In this document: positions 38,095-47,868 of the stretch, in pieces
Layout of the letters: each line of letters starts with the position of its first letter
Numbering within the stretch: position 1 is the stretch's first letter
DNA from: Candidatus Dojkabacteria bacterium
GTDB lineage: Bacteria > Patescibacteriota > Dojkabacteria > B142 > WJKM01
Direction of reading: 5' to 3'
DNA: 64,000 bases
NCBI GenBank assembly: GCA_014729085.1
Contig: WJKM01000009.1
Location: 61,973-125,972, forward strand
Notes under the pieces: model-generated
What the model saw: only the letters and a program-made list of their open reading frames with translations
The model's database searches: none
What the model was told of the DNA's origin: nothing
Program-made: the position numbers and the translations under genes

Positions 38095-38736
38095 CTATGA
38101 AAATTGTTTAATTTTTTCTTTTAGATTTAGATATGCTTTTATTGGATGTCTTTGTTTTATTATACCTGATCCAATTATTAATTCATCTGGTTTATATTGC
38201 ATTACTTCCTTGATTGTGTTGGTATTAACACCTCCATCTACCATAATTTTTCCTTTAAAATTTAATTCTCTCAGTTCAGTAATTTTTTTTAAATTTGTTT
38301 TTAGGAATTTATTTCCTTGTTTTCCGGGACTGACAGTAAGAATAAGTACTCCTTGAAAAAATGAAAGTAGATCTTTTATAGCTTCTATCTTTACTTCAGG
38401 GCCTAAGGCAAGGTTAAATTTAATATTTTTATATTTTTTTAAGGAATTTGGATCACCAAAATCGGACTCGGGATGGAAACTAATCTCATCGATGTTATAT
38501 TTTAAACACGTTTTAATATTAACAATTGGTTTTTGAGACATTAAATGCACATAACGATAAAGTGGTGTTTGTATTTTTAATATTTTATCTAACTCTGCAG
38601 TTTTATTTTTTAAAAATTTACCATCAATAAAGTCAATATGCACACTTGTATTGCCAGGAAATGTCTCAAAAAGTCTAAATGCTTCTTGATAAATTTTTAT
38701 ATTGTTTGAAAGAACCGCGGGTAAGATTTTAGTCAT
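38095..38736 (-). CDS. rpe: Ribulose-phosphate 3-epimerase
   Basis: HIDFIDGKF, VHLM, TVSPGKQG, MVDGGV and IIGS motifs. Confidence 0.88.
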   Translation of the reverse strand: MTKILPAVLSNNIKIYQEAFRLFETFPGNTSVHIDFIDGKFLKNKTAELDKILKIQTPLYRYVHLMSQKPIVNIKTCLKYNIDEISFHPESDFGDPNSLKKYKNIKFNLALGPEVKIEAIKDLLSFFQGVLILTVSPGKQGNKFLKTNLKKITELRELNFKGKIMVDGGVNTNTIKEVMQYKPDELIIGSGIIKQRHPIKAYLNLKEKIKQFS

Positions 38737-38840
38737 CGTTATAATTTTTGGCTTATTATACAGATAAAATTACTGTAAATCTATCAGTTTTTATTATATG
38801 ATTAATATAAGTTCTCGAGATATATCATAACACTTACTAG

Positions 38841-41060
38841 ATGAACTTCATAAAAAATAAAAAATTTAGAAATATTTTTCTTTTAATATTTCTATTCGTT
38901 CTGATAAGTATTGCTGTTATATTACTTTTTGTTTTTGTTAAGTATAAAGATCAAGAAGATAGAAGAAGTTTCCAAGCCGAAAGATATAGTATTGAAATTG
39001 ACGATTCTTCTATTAATCCTTCAATTAAAATAGAACGCGGTGGGACTTCCCTCGAATTTGAATTCATTTCTGAGGAGATTGAAAGTAACTCAGGACAATC
39101 TCAAGTCAAAGGGGTTTCAATCGATAAAGAAAAAATTTCAAAAACAGATATACCGAGTCAAGGTATTACATTTTTCAATATTCATAAAAAAGATAAGAGA
39201 AAATTCAGAAAAAAAATAACAGATTCACTTGAAGTTCTATATACTTTAACTGATACTCAAATTAAAGAAGAGTTCGTTCTGTCCGAACCTAAAGATATAG
39301 ATCATCTAAAGTTCAAAATTAATCTTGAAGGACTTGATGCACGAAAGGGATATGATGGTATTTGGAGGTTTTACAATGAGAACGGAACTGAAACCTTCTA
39401 TATACCAAAGTCATTCATGAAAGATGCAAATGATGTTCATACTGAGAATGTAAGTATTGATATTGTAGATAATATGATGGTAATGAATTTGGATAAAGGA
39501 TGGTTGCTTTCTTCTGAGAGAAAGTATCCTGTACTTATAGACCCAACAATTGTACTTAGTATATTAACCGTTCATTCACATCCACAAACCGGAGATGATT
39601 GGATTGTAGATTTTAAAACTGAAGGAACTGCTGATTTAACTATTACTCCAGATGATCAAGCAACAATAGATGATATTGACTTTCTAACTCTTAGTTGCGG
39701 TAAGGAAGAGAGGACTCCGCAAATACTTGAGAATGATGTTATTTTCTATAAAAATTGGAACTGTGAAGATACGGCCAAAGTTTTTCATTACGTAAACACA
39801 GCTGCTCCACACAGGTTGAAGTTCCAGTTTGGGCAGGAAGTCGATTATGCATATAATTCGCCAAATAGTACTATATATGCATTTTCTGGTTTATCAACTT
39901 CGATACAAGATAGATTTGCTTATGAAAAATATCCAGATTCGTTTACAGGTCCTACGGATACGGGAGTATCGGAAGCTACAGCATCTGCTTACACTAGTTT
40001 AGAGGCTGATGATGGTTCGAGATGGGTGACAGATGGAGCAAGTAATAATGGGGAGATAGATGCTCAGCTTTATAAATTCATTATAGAAGAACAAGAAGCA
40101 AGTATAACGGATCTTAATATTAAGTGGAATGGTTTTGGCGATACTAGCGGAGGAGATACAGAATTATCTATTTGGAATTGGAATTTAAATCAATGGACAC
40201 AACTTGATAGCTATCAATTTAATAATAGTACGGATCTAGATCTTATTGGGTCAATATCAGGGGGCTTTTCTTCAATTGATCCATATGTATCAAGTCAGAA
40301 TGAGGTTATACTTATGGTTCATTCTAAAAAAACATTTGTTTGCGGAGAAGATATATTATATGGTGGCCAGTATTATAATACCGTACAAATAGGTAACCAA
40401 TGTTGGATGGCAGAAAATTTAAATATAACAGATGGAAATGAAGATGGAAATTGTACTTTTACAAGTGACTGTTATATTAGTTCTTCAACTGATACTGATA
40501 ATTGTAGTACGTTTGGAGGTTTGTATTACTGGGATGAAGCAAGGTGCGGTGAAACTGCATGCAATGGTACTGGAAAGACACAACCTGAATGTACAAATCC
40601 TGTTCAAGGAATATGTCCGGATGGATGGCATATCCCTAGTCATTATGAATGGAATGCACTCGAACAGCAAGTATGTTCAGATATTGGTAATACAAATTGT
40701 AACACCGAATTTCCTTATGATGAAACTACCACTAATTACAGAGGCCAAAGTAGCTCGGATGCACATGGGGAGGCCTCTGCATTAGCCGGGGGTTGTAGTT
40801 TATGGAACAATGATGTTTTAGATAACTATGGTTCATGTAATAACGATTTCGGTACTACAGGATTAAATCTTCTTCCTGGTGGTATGTATTCTTTTGGAAG
40901 TTATCATGAGAAAAATAGAGCAGGGTATTATCTTAGTTCAACAGAAAAAGATTCAACATATATTTGGCATAGAATGTTTCATTATGCATACACGCAGACT
41001 TATAGACAACCTGTAAATAAGTCAAATGTCAATTTTTCAATACGATGTATTAAAGACTAA
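38841..41060 (+). CDS. Surface protein: N-terminal TM, beta-rich domains, C-terminal Fib_succ_major (FISUMP) domain
   Basis: IKEEFVL...YPVLIDPT; then Y.TVQIGNQCWMAENL, GGLYYW, QGICPDGWHIPS..EW and FSIRCIKD-stop. Confidence 0.85.
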   Translation: MNFIKNKKFRNIFLLIFLFVLISIAVILLFVFVKYKDQEDRRSFQAERYSIEIDDSSINPSIKIERGGTSLEFEFISEEIESNSGQSQVKGVSIDKEKISKTDIPSQGITFFNIHKKDKRKFRKKITDSLEVLYTLTDTQIKEEFVLSEPKDIDHLKFKINLEGLDARKGYDGIWRFYNENGTETFYIPKSFMKDANDVHTENVSIDIVDNMMVMNLDKGWLLSSERKYPVLIDPTIVLSILTVHSHPQTGDDWIVDFKTEGTADLTITPDDQATIDDIDFLTLSCGKEERTPQILENDVIFYKNWNCEDTAKVFHYVNTAAPHRLKFQFGQEVDYAYNSPNSTIYAFSGLSTSIQDRFAYEKYPDSFTGPTDTGVSEATASAYTSLEADDGSRWVTDGASNNGEIDAQLYKFIIEEQEASITDLNIKWNGFGDTSGGDTELSIWNWNLNQWTQLDSYQFNNSTDLDLIGSISGGFSSIDPYVSSQNEVILMVHSKKTFVCGEDILYGGQYYNTVQIGNQCWMAENLNITDGNEDGNCTFTSDCYISSSTDTDNCSTFGGLYYWDEARCGETACNGTGKTQPECTNPVQGICPDGWHIPSHYEWNALEQQVCSDIGNTNCNTEFPYDETTTNYRGQSSSDAHGEASALAGGCSLWNNDVLDNYGSCNNDFGTTGLNLLPGGMYSFGSYHEKNRAGYYLSSTEKDSTYIWHRMFHYAYTQTYRQPVNKSNVNFSIRCIKD

Positions 41061-41074
41061 TTTAATCCAAAAAT

Positions 41075-44000
41075 ATGATATCAAGCATAAAACAAAAGAT
41101 ATTAAACAATATAAAAAAAATAATAAAAATTGTTATTATCCTTTGGATTTCATCAATTGTTCTTCTATTTGTAAATAGGAATTCAGAGGCTAGTTTAAAT
41201 TCTGATTATATTGAGTTAATTGTAATTTTCACCAAATCTAACGGTGAGACATGTTCAAGCGGAACAGATTGTACCTCAGGTTTTTGTATAGATGGAGTGT
41301 GTTGTGATTCGGCATGTAATACTACATGCGAGGCATGCAACCTGAGTGGTACTGAAGGTGTTTGTACTAATATTCCGGATAATCAGGATCCAGATTCGGA
41401 ATGTAGTGCTGAAATATGGTCATCTTGTGATAGTGTATGTGTAAAAAGGGGAGCAGATGGATACTGCGATGGAGCTGGAGCCTGTGATACTAATGATGAT
41501 ACTTCCTATATTCAGACTGCTGGAAAGGTGTGTTCTTCCGGAAACGAAGTAGATCCAAACTCTTCACATTATTGTGATAGAACAATTGAATGTAACGATG
41601 GTATTTGTTCTGCAACTAGATACTATAGAGGTTGCAGCTCAGGTGGTTCTTCTTGTACAGATACTGGACGAATTTCTTATGGTAATTGGAATGCTCCAGA
41701 AAATAGTACTGTTTCAGAGAATAATTATAAGACTGGCACTACCTGTTTGACTAATTTAGATTTTTGTAAATATGGAACCTACCAATGTACAGGTACAGGT
41801 TCTCCTTATTCTTGCCAGCGTTCAAGAGAAGTCTTTAGGTGTGATGGAAGTGGTTCCTGTACATATAACGCAGGAAGTGAAGTTGCAGACATTCCTAGTG
41901 GAAGTGTCTGTACAGGATCAGGGAATATAACTGCTGGAAGTTCGGACTATTATGCATTTTTAGATACTAGCGATCGCTGTTCAGATTCAACTCCGGGAAG
42001 CGGTTTTGGAGATAGAGTATATGATGTCTTTGCATGTGATGGTAATAATGCACAGGGACCTGACGTCGGAGATAGAACAATTGATTGTGCAGATGCATGT
42101 TGTTACGATGAGGGTGCGACAACTATGTGTGTTGCATCAGAAAATTTTAATACTTATGATTGGTATGATTTTGGAGTTGGAGATAGTACAGCTACTGATT
42201 ATTGCAGTATGCAGACAGTATACGATTGTTATAACGACAATGATTGTCAGCCTGGTTATTATTGTTCATCTAATTCTTGTATAAATACTTGTTCCCAAAA
42301 TTCTGATTGTCCAAATGGGTATTTTTGCAGTGAGATAGGTTCCTGTTCACCACAAAAAGTAAGTAGTGAAGCTTGTGATTTTTCAATCACAGAAACAGAC
42401 TCATCAAGCGAAAGTAATGGCGTTTGTAGTTCAGGTTATTGCAGAGATGATTACGACAATACTGAAGACGGTGATGGAAGCTGTGAAAATGGTGAATCTT
42501 GTTGGTGTGCTGATTCAAGTTTTGATTGTACAACTGATGGGATTTCTGTGAATACAGGAGAATTTGCCTCAAATGATTGTTTTGAGGGTGGTTCTGGAAT
42601 AAATCCAGGTTCACGGGCACAGTGTTCAGCAGGTGCATGGCAGTCTGTCACTTGTGGATATAGTACTTATAATTCCTGTAACAATTCCTGCGAAAAAGGA
42701 AGAGACGTTTATCACTGCGATAATACAGATAATACATGTTTTGATAGCGGAGAAGATGATTATAGTACAGTCTCTTTAAGCAAAGTATGTGATAACGGAA
42801 ATGAAGTTAATGCAACAAGTGAGACGTTAGCATGTGATAACAACACTGATTATTTTTGTACTAAAGGAGCCTGTGCCGGATCTTATAGATATTCCGAATG
42901 TAATGGATCTGGTATTTGTGATACAAGTTCAACTAACAATTACGAAGAGTATGGAGTTACTGCTGACGTAGGGTATACACTAACTTCAAATTGTCAAACT
43001 AATGGAACTACTATTTGTGGAACAGGAAGCTGGATTTGTTCTGGAACATGCGGTATTACCCGCGAAGAATATAGATGTGATTCAAGCCAGACATGCTCAG
43101 AATATATAGGAGATGAATCACAACCTTGTGGAATTGGGGAATATTGCAGCTCTGGTGCTTGTGGGACAGGAACATGTAATGAAACTAGAACCTATTGTCC
43201 TGCATCTGGTGATGATAATTATAATGTGGGTGGAGATTTATTTTGCCAAGCAACATGTGATGGAAATTATAACTGTGATTATGCAACAAATTGTATTGAG
43301 GTATGTGGAGATAGTGTTGTTTCTGTTTCCGAGGGATGTGATGACGGAGATACCGAAGATAACGATGGTTGTTCTTCTGCTTGTACTGTAGAAACAGGAT
43401 GGAGTTGCAGTGGAGAACCGAGTGTATGTACAGAGATACACGGAGACGGAGTAATAGCAGGAGCAGAAGAATGCGATGATGGGAATACAGAAGATGGAGA
43501 CGGTTGTACATCAATTGGAAATATAGAAACAGGATGGAGTTGCAGCGGAGAACCAAGTGTATGTACTGAGATACACGGAGACGGAATAATAGTAGGAACA
43601 GAAGAATGTGATGATGGGAATACAGACAACGGAGATGGTTGTACATCAACTGGAAATATAGAAACAGGATGGAGTTGTAGCGGTGAGCCAAGTGTATGTA
43701 CAGAGGATGATACAGATGGTGATGGATTGACTGATAATTATGAGTTACTTATAGGTACTGATCCTAATGTTTATGATAGTTGTGATCAAGCAAGCGATTG
43801 TGAATCCGATGAATTTTGTGCTTCTACTTTACAGGTAGGTGCCTGTCTTTTAAAAAAATCAACGGGTAGTGTCTGTGATTATAACGAAACAGAAACTGAT
43901 TCAGCTGCAGAAAGTCATGCAGTTTGCAATTCGGGAGTTTGTCATGATGATTATGATAATAGTCTAGAAAATGGTAATGGTTTATGTGAAGCAAATGAGG

Positions 44001-45586
44001 AATGTTGGTGTGTTTCTAACCAAAATGAATGTGTTACAGATGGTAACTTAGTAAATAACCAATCATATGCATCCAATAATTGTATTTCAGATGGGTCTGG
44101 AACTACATCTGGACAAAGAGCCCAATGTATAGATGGAGTATGGAGTGGGGCTTATTGCGAATTCGGAGATTGGGATACTTGTAATGGACGTTGCGAAAAA
44201 GGAAGATCGGTTTTCTATTGCGAAGATTCATCAAATTCTTGTTACGAAAGTGGTATAAAGGCCTATTCTTCTTTACAAATACCAAGTAAGGTATGTCAAA
44301 ATGGAAATGAAATAGATGCTAATAACGAAACAATTGCCTGTGATGGCGATACTAATACATTCTGTAATGATGGTGCTTGTGTAGGCTTTATTAGATTTTC
44401 AGAATGTGATACCAGCTCTAATTGTGATAATGAATCTAATACCTATTATGAACAAATAGAAATTACTGCCGATGTAGGACATACTCTTACTTCAAATTGT
44501 TCAACTGCAGGCAATACGATTTGTGATTATGGAAATTGGAGATGTAGTGGGTCTTGTGAACGTGAAAGAGATAAATATAGATGTGATTCAAATCAGCAAT
44601 GCGAAGAAGAAGTTGGAGAGGAAAACGAAAACATTAATGCTAATAGAGTTTGTAAAGATGGTAGAAATGTCGATGCAAACTCTATAGACTTATCTTGCAA
44701 TCAATCAGCAGATTATTTTTGTGATTCCGGTGCGTGTTCAGGTTATATACTGTACCCAGAGTGTGATGGGGATGGTTTTTGTGATACTCTTGCTAAGGAA
44801 TTTTATGAAAAAATAAATATTACTGCAGAAGAGGGATTTGCACTTACTGCTCAATGTAAGCAGCAAGAAAGCTCAACATGTGGAGAAGGTACAACTTTCA
44901 TACAAGATGATTCAATTCCGAGATCTGCGGTTTGCGGAGATGGTATTGTTCAGAATGGAGAAGAGTGTGATGATCATAATGTCATTGCTGGAGATGGATG
45001 TTCACCTGAATGTAGAAATGAGGTTTCTGAAACTGAGGATTCTACTTATGATGGACAGTCTACTGATGATTCCGAGACGAGTAGGAGTCCCGAAATAACA
45101 GCTACGGGAACTATAGTTGTGACAGGAACTTCGATACCTTCTGAGGAGGTTGATAAAAAAGCTGATTCTGATTCAGATCAAATCCCTGATTATTGGGAAA
45201 AACAATATTCATGTATGAATTGGGAACTTATCAATAGTGCTGATGATTCTGATGGTGATGGGTTAAGTAATCTGAAAGAATTTGAAATCAATACAAACCC
45301 CTGCGATAAAGATTCAGATAAAGATGGCATTGAAGATGGTGATGAAGTTAATCAAGGACTTAATCCAAGAATTGCAAATTTGGAAAATATTTCTATTGAA
45401 GATCAGAAAGATATAACACGAACAGATGATGATATACAGGTCTCAGAAGATATTCAGGTTACACGTGAAGAATCTTTTATTGCTAAATTATTTAGTAATA
45501 AAAGTATATTAATCGCTGGTTCATTTTCATTGCTTTTTTTAATTGGAGTTATAATTGCAATCTTTGTAAAAAAGAAGATTACATAG
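41075..45586 (+). CDS. Giant Cys-rich surface protein (Myxococcus Cys-rich/DUF4215 repeats, TSP3-like Ca-binding repeats, C-terminal TM)
   Basis: Signal peptide; CGDG..EECDDGN...GDGC repeats; DTDGDGL/DSDGDGL motifs; C-terminal TM followed by KKK. Confidence 0.88.
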   Translation: MISSIKQKILNNIKKIIKIVIILWISSIVLLFVNRNSEASLNSDYIELIVIFTKSNGETCSSGTDCTSGFCIDGVCCDSACNTTCEACNLSGTEGVCTNIPDNQDPDSECSAEIWSSCDSVCVKRGADGYCDGAGACDTNDDTSYIQTAGKVCSSGNEVDPNSSHYCDRTIECNDGICSATRYYRGCSSGGSSCTDTGRISYGNWNAPENSTVSENNYKTGTTCLTNLDFCKYGTYQCTGTGSPYSCQRSREVFRCDGSGSCTYNAGSEVADIPSGSVCTGSGNITAGSSDYYAFLDTSDRCSDSTPGSGFGDRVYDVFACDGNNAQGPDVGDRTIDCADACCYDEGATTMCVASENFNTYDWYDFGVGDSTATDYCSMQTVYDCYNDNDCQPGYYCSSNSCINTCSQNSDCPNGYFCSEIGSCSPQKVSSEACDFSITETDSSSESNGVCSSGYCRDDYDNTEDGDGSCENGESCWCADSSFDCTTDGISVNTGEFASNDCFEGGSGINPGSRAQCSAGAWQSVTCGYSTYNSCNNSCEKGRDVYHCDNTDNTCFDSGEDDYSTVSLSKVCDNGNEVNATSETLACDNNTDYFCTKGACAGSYRYSECNGSGICDTSSTNNYEEYGVTADVGYTLTSNCQTNGTTICGTGSWICSGTCGITREEYRCDSSQTCSEYIGDESQPCGIGEYCSSGACGTGTCNETRTYCPASGDDNYNVGGDLFCQATCDGNYNCDYATNCIEVCGDSVVSVSEGCDDGDTEDNDGCSSACTVETGWSCSGEPSVCTEIHGDGVIAGAEECDDGNTEDGDGCTSIGNIETGWSCSGEPSVCTEIHGDGIIVGTEECDDGNTDNGDGCTSTGNIETGWSCSGEPSVCTEDDTDGDGLTDNYELLIGTDPNVYDSCDQASDCESDEFCASTLQVGACLLKKSTGSVCDYNETETDSAAESHAVCNSGVCHDDYDNSLENGNGLCEANEECWCVSNQNECVTDGNLVNNQSYASNNCISDGSGTTSGQRAQCIDGVWSGAYCEFGDWDTCNGRCEKGRSVFYCEDSSNSCYESGIKAYSSLQIPSKVCQNGNEIDANNETIACDGDTNTFCNDGACVGFIRFSECDTSSNCDNESNTYYEQIEITADVGHTLTSNCSTAGNTICDYGNWRCSGSCERERDKYRCDSNQQCEEEVGEENENINANRVCKDGRNVDANSIDLSCNQSADYFCDSGACSGYILYPECDGDGFCDTLAKEFYEKINITAEEGFALTAQCKQQESSTCGEGTTFIQDDSIPRSAVCGDGIVQNGEECDDHNVIAGDGCSPECRNEVSETEDSTYDGQSTDDSETSRSPEITATGTIVVTGTSIPSEEVDKKADSDSDQIPDYWEKQYSCMNWELINSADDSDGDGLSNLKEFEINTNPCDKDSDKDGIEDGDEVNQGLNPRIANLENISIEDQKDITRTDDDIQVSEDIQVTREESFIAKLFSNKSILIAGSFSLLFLIGVIIAIFVKKKIT
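43300..43705 (+). repeat. Three tandem 135-bp (45-aa) intragenic repeats
   Basis: gaaacaggatggagttg starts at 43391, 43526 and 43661. Confidence 0.9.
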
Positions 45587-45596
45587 AGATATATAG

Positions 45597-45881
45597 TTAA
45601 TTTTTTTTCTTTTCTACAAAATAATAAACCGCCGCTCCTATGATATGGGTAAAAACTATGATCAGTACCCACATTAATTTATCGTTTTCCTTATCATACT
45701 CTCTTTGTATTGCATCAATCAACATTAGAATCCAGAATATGGTACCAAATACGCTAAATACAATTATACTTACCCATATAAGACACCATATAAGAACAAA
45801 AAACATCTGAAATCCACAAATAAAGGGCATTAAAACTAAACCTGCCATATCTCCTCCGGAATTATTAACAAGAAAATGCAT
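45597..45881 (-). CDS. PLDc_N-domain small membrane protein
   Basis: FWILMLID...KLMWVLIIVF..IIGAAVYYF pattern. Confidence 0.8.
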   Translation of the reverse strand: MHFLVNNSGGDMAGLVLMPFICGFQMFFVLIWCLIWVSIIVFSVFGTIFWILMLIDAIQREYDKENDKLMWVLIIVFTHIIGAAVYYFVEKKKN

Positions 45882-45899
45882 GATTTTGATAATTAATAA

Positions 45900-46589
45900 T
45901 TAAAATATTTTTTTTATTTCTTTAATAATAGTATTCGCTTTTTGCGTAACTGTCCAATTTCTGCTTTGAGCAAGATTTAACATGTATTCCTTCTTATTAT
46001 CAATGATAAAGGGAATGTCAACTAGTTCGAGCATAGGAATATCACCTAAGCTATCGCCAAATCCAATTGTAAGTCTGTCAGGATATTCCTCTAAAATTGA
46101 TTTAGTAATTATTGCTTTTGCTTTATCATTTACTATTTTAATAATTTTACTTGTATATTTATTGTTTTTTATTTCAAACTCAGAGGCATATATTTCTTCA
46201 AATTTCAATTTTTGTACAATATGATATGCGGCAGGTTTTAGTGAACCTGTTATTAGATAAGAAACCCAATCATTCTGATTAAGAAAATCAAATACAAGTT
46301 CTACCCATGAATAATACTCTTTATGTGAATTTTTAAAAATATCTCGGTAAAGGTTGTCAATTTCATCTTCACGAAAGTTCTTAAGCATAGAGGCAGTTAA
46401 ATCAAGAAGTTTATTCACAGTTTCATTGTAATTAGATTTGTGATCTTGAAAAGATTTAGTTATTTTCTTTTCTTCTTTTTCAGACCATTTTAGATTCGAA
46501 AAATTTCTTCTTAAATGAATTCTTACTTCTTCAAGAGAATATCGTCTATATATGGTTTTATCAAGGTCAAAGAAAGCTAGTTTTTGCAT
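45900..46589 (-). CDS. HAD-IB phosphatase (SerB/histidinol-phosphatase-like)
   Basis: FFDLDKT, LITGS, K and GFGDSLGDIPML motifs. Confidence 0.85.
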   Translation of the reverse strand: MQKLAFFDLDKTIYRRYSLEEVRIHLRRNFSNLKWSEKEEKKITKSFQDHKSNYNETVNKLLDLTASMLKNFREDEIDNLYRDIFKNSHKEYYSWVELVFDFLNQNDWVSYLITGSLKPAAYHIVQKLKFEEIYASEFEIKNNKYTSKIIKIVNDKAKAIITKSILEEYPDRLTIGFGDSLGDIPMLELVDIPFIIDNKKEYMLNLAQSRNWTVTQKANTIIKEIKKIF

Positions 46590-46601
46590 TTATTAAATCT
46601 T

Positions 46602-47813
46602 TTAGCTTAAAATTTTTAAAAGATCATCTATATCCAGTAATTTTTGTTCACCTTTCCTCATATTTTTTAATGAAATCTTATTATTCTTTAATTCATCTTC
46701 TCCCAGAATAATTACATATTTATATCCATTCTTGTCCGCATATTTGAACTGTTTTTTAAAATCTCTGCTTGGATTAGGATAAATATCTACTGTTAACCCT
46801 TCAGCTCTAAGTTTGTTTACAATTTTTAAGGATTTCTTTAAAGTTTTATCATCAAATGCACTCATAAGTATATTATTATTATTGTCGCCAATTGGTATTA
46901 GTTCTAATTGGTCTGCAGCTTCTAGGGTTCTATCGAAACCTAAACCAAATCCTGTTCCAGGTACATCAACACCTGATATTGAATTAGTTAGGTTATCAAA
47001 CCTTTCACCACCTAAGACAGAACCTACTTTATATTCTTTTATTTTCACTTCCCAAATTGGACCATCAGAATAAGAGAAGGACCTTGCAATTGTTGGATCA
47101 AATTCATACCAGGACTTATCAAATCCATAGGATTCTAGATAATCTAAGATAATTTGGATAGTGTCATTTGGCTCAATATTCGCTACATAATCTAGATACT
47201 CTTGTGCTTTGGATTTATCTATATCCTTTTTTTCCATATCTCTAATTACTCCTTTTTCTCCGATTTTTTCTAGTTTGTCTATTGCAACGATAGCTTCATA
47301 TGGTATATCTTTAAACAATGTTCTGTCATTGATTAAAACTTTAGGATTTTTAAAACCAATTTCTTTGTAAATATCCAAGGATAAAGCTATAACTTCGGCA
47401 TCAGCGTAAGGACTTTTTACACCAAAAATATCTGCATCACACTGTAGAAATTCCCTATACCTTCCTTTTTGTGGTTTTTCAGCTCTAAATGCTGGTTGTA
47501 TCTGATATCTTTTGAATGGAAAATACAATTGACCTTTATATTGACCCATTACTCTACAAATTGGAACGGTTTGATCATATCGTAAAGCCACATTTCTTCC
47601 ACCATGATCTGTGAATTTGTAAAATAATTTTTCATCTTCTCCAATTTGGCCTTCAAATAAATCAAGAGGTTCTAAGGTTGGAGTTTCAAAAGGTTTATAC
47701 CCCCATCTTTCAAATACTTGAATAATTTTCGATCTTAGCCACTCTCTTTTTTTTGCCTCTTTAGGAAAGATATCTCTAAAACCTTTTAATGTTTGTATCT
47801 TTTTATTACTCAT
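46602..47813 (-). CDS. hisS: Histidine--tRNA ligase
   Basis: LKGFRD, ALRYDQT, FRAEKPQKGRYREFLQCDAD, GFGLGFDR and an anticodon-binding domain. Confidence 0.96.
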   Translation of the reverse strand: MSNKKIQTLKGFRDIFPKEAKKREWLRSKIIQVFERWGYKPFETPTLEPLDLFEGQIGEDEKLFYKFTDHGGRNVALRYDQTVPICRVMGQYKGQLYFPFKRYQIQPAFRAEKPQKGRYREFLQCDADIFGVKSPYADAEVIALSLDIYKEIGFKNPKVLINDRTLFKDIPYEAIVAIDKLEKIGEKGVIRDMEKKDIDKSKAQEYLDYVANIEPNDTIQIILDYLESYGFDKSWYEFDPTIARSFSYSDGPIWEVKIKEYKVGSVLGGERFDNLTNSISGVDVPGTGFGLGFDRTLEAADQLELIPIGDNNNNILMSAFDDKTLKKSLKIVNKLRAEGLTVDIYPNPSRDFKKQFKYADKNGYKYVIILGEDELKNNKISLKNMRKGEQKLLDIDDLLKILS

Positions 47814-47868
47814 TCGTTTATATTTAATAAATTATTTAAAATACTTTTATTGATTACTTATAATTATT

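Noticed and set aside
43300-43705. Possible CRISPR array
   Set aside because: The units are in-frame 135-bp coding repeats with no unique spacers, and no cas genes are present.
38841-45586. Complete DGR cassette
   Set aside because: No reverse transcriptase, Avd or adenine-variant template repeat is visible in the window.
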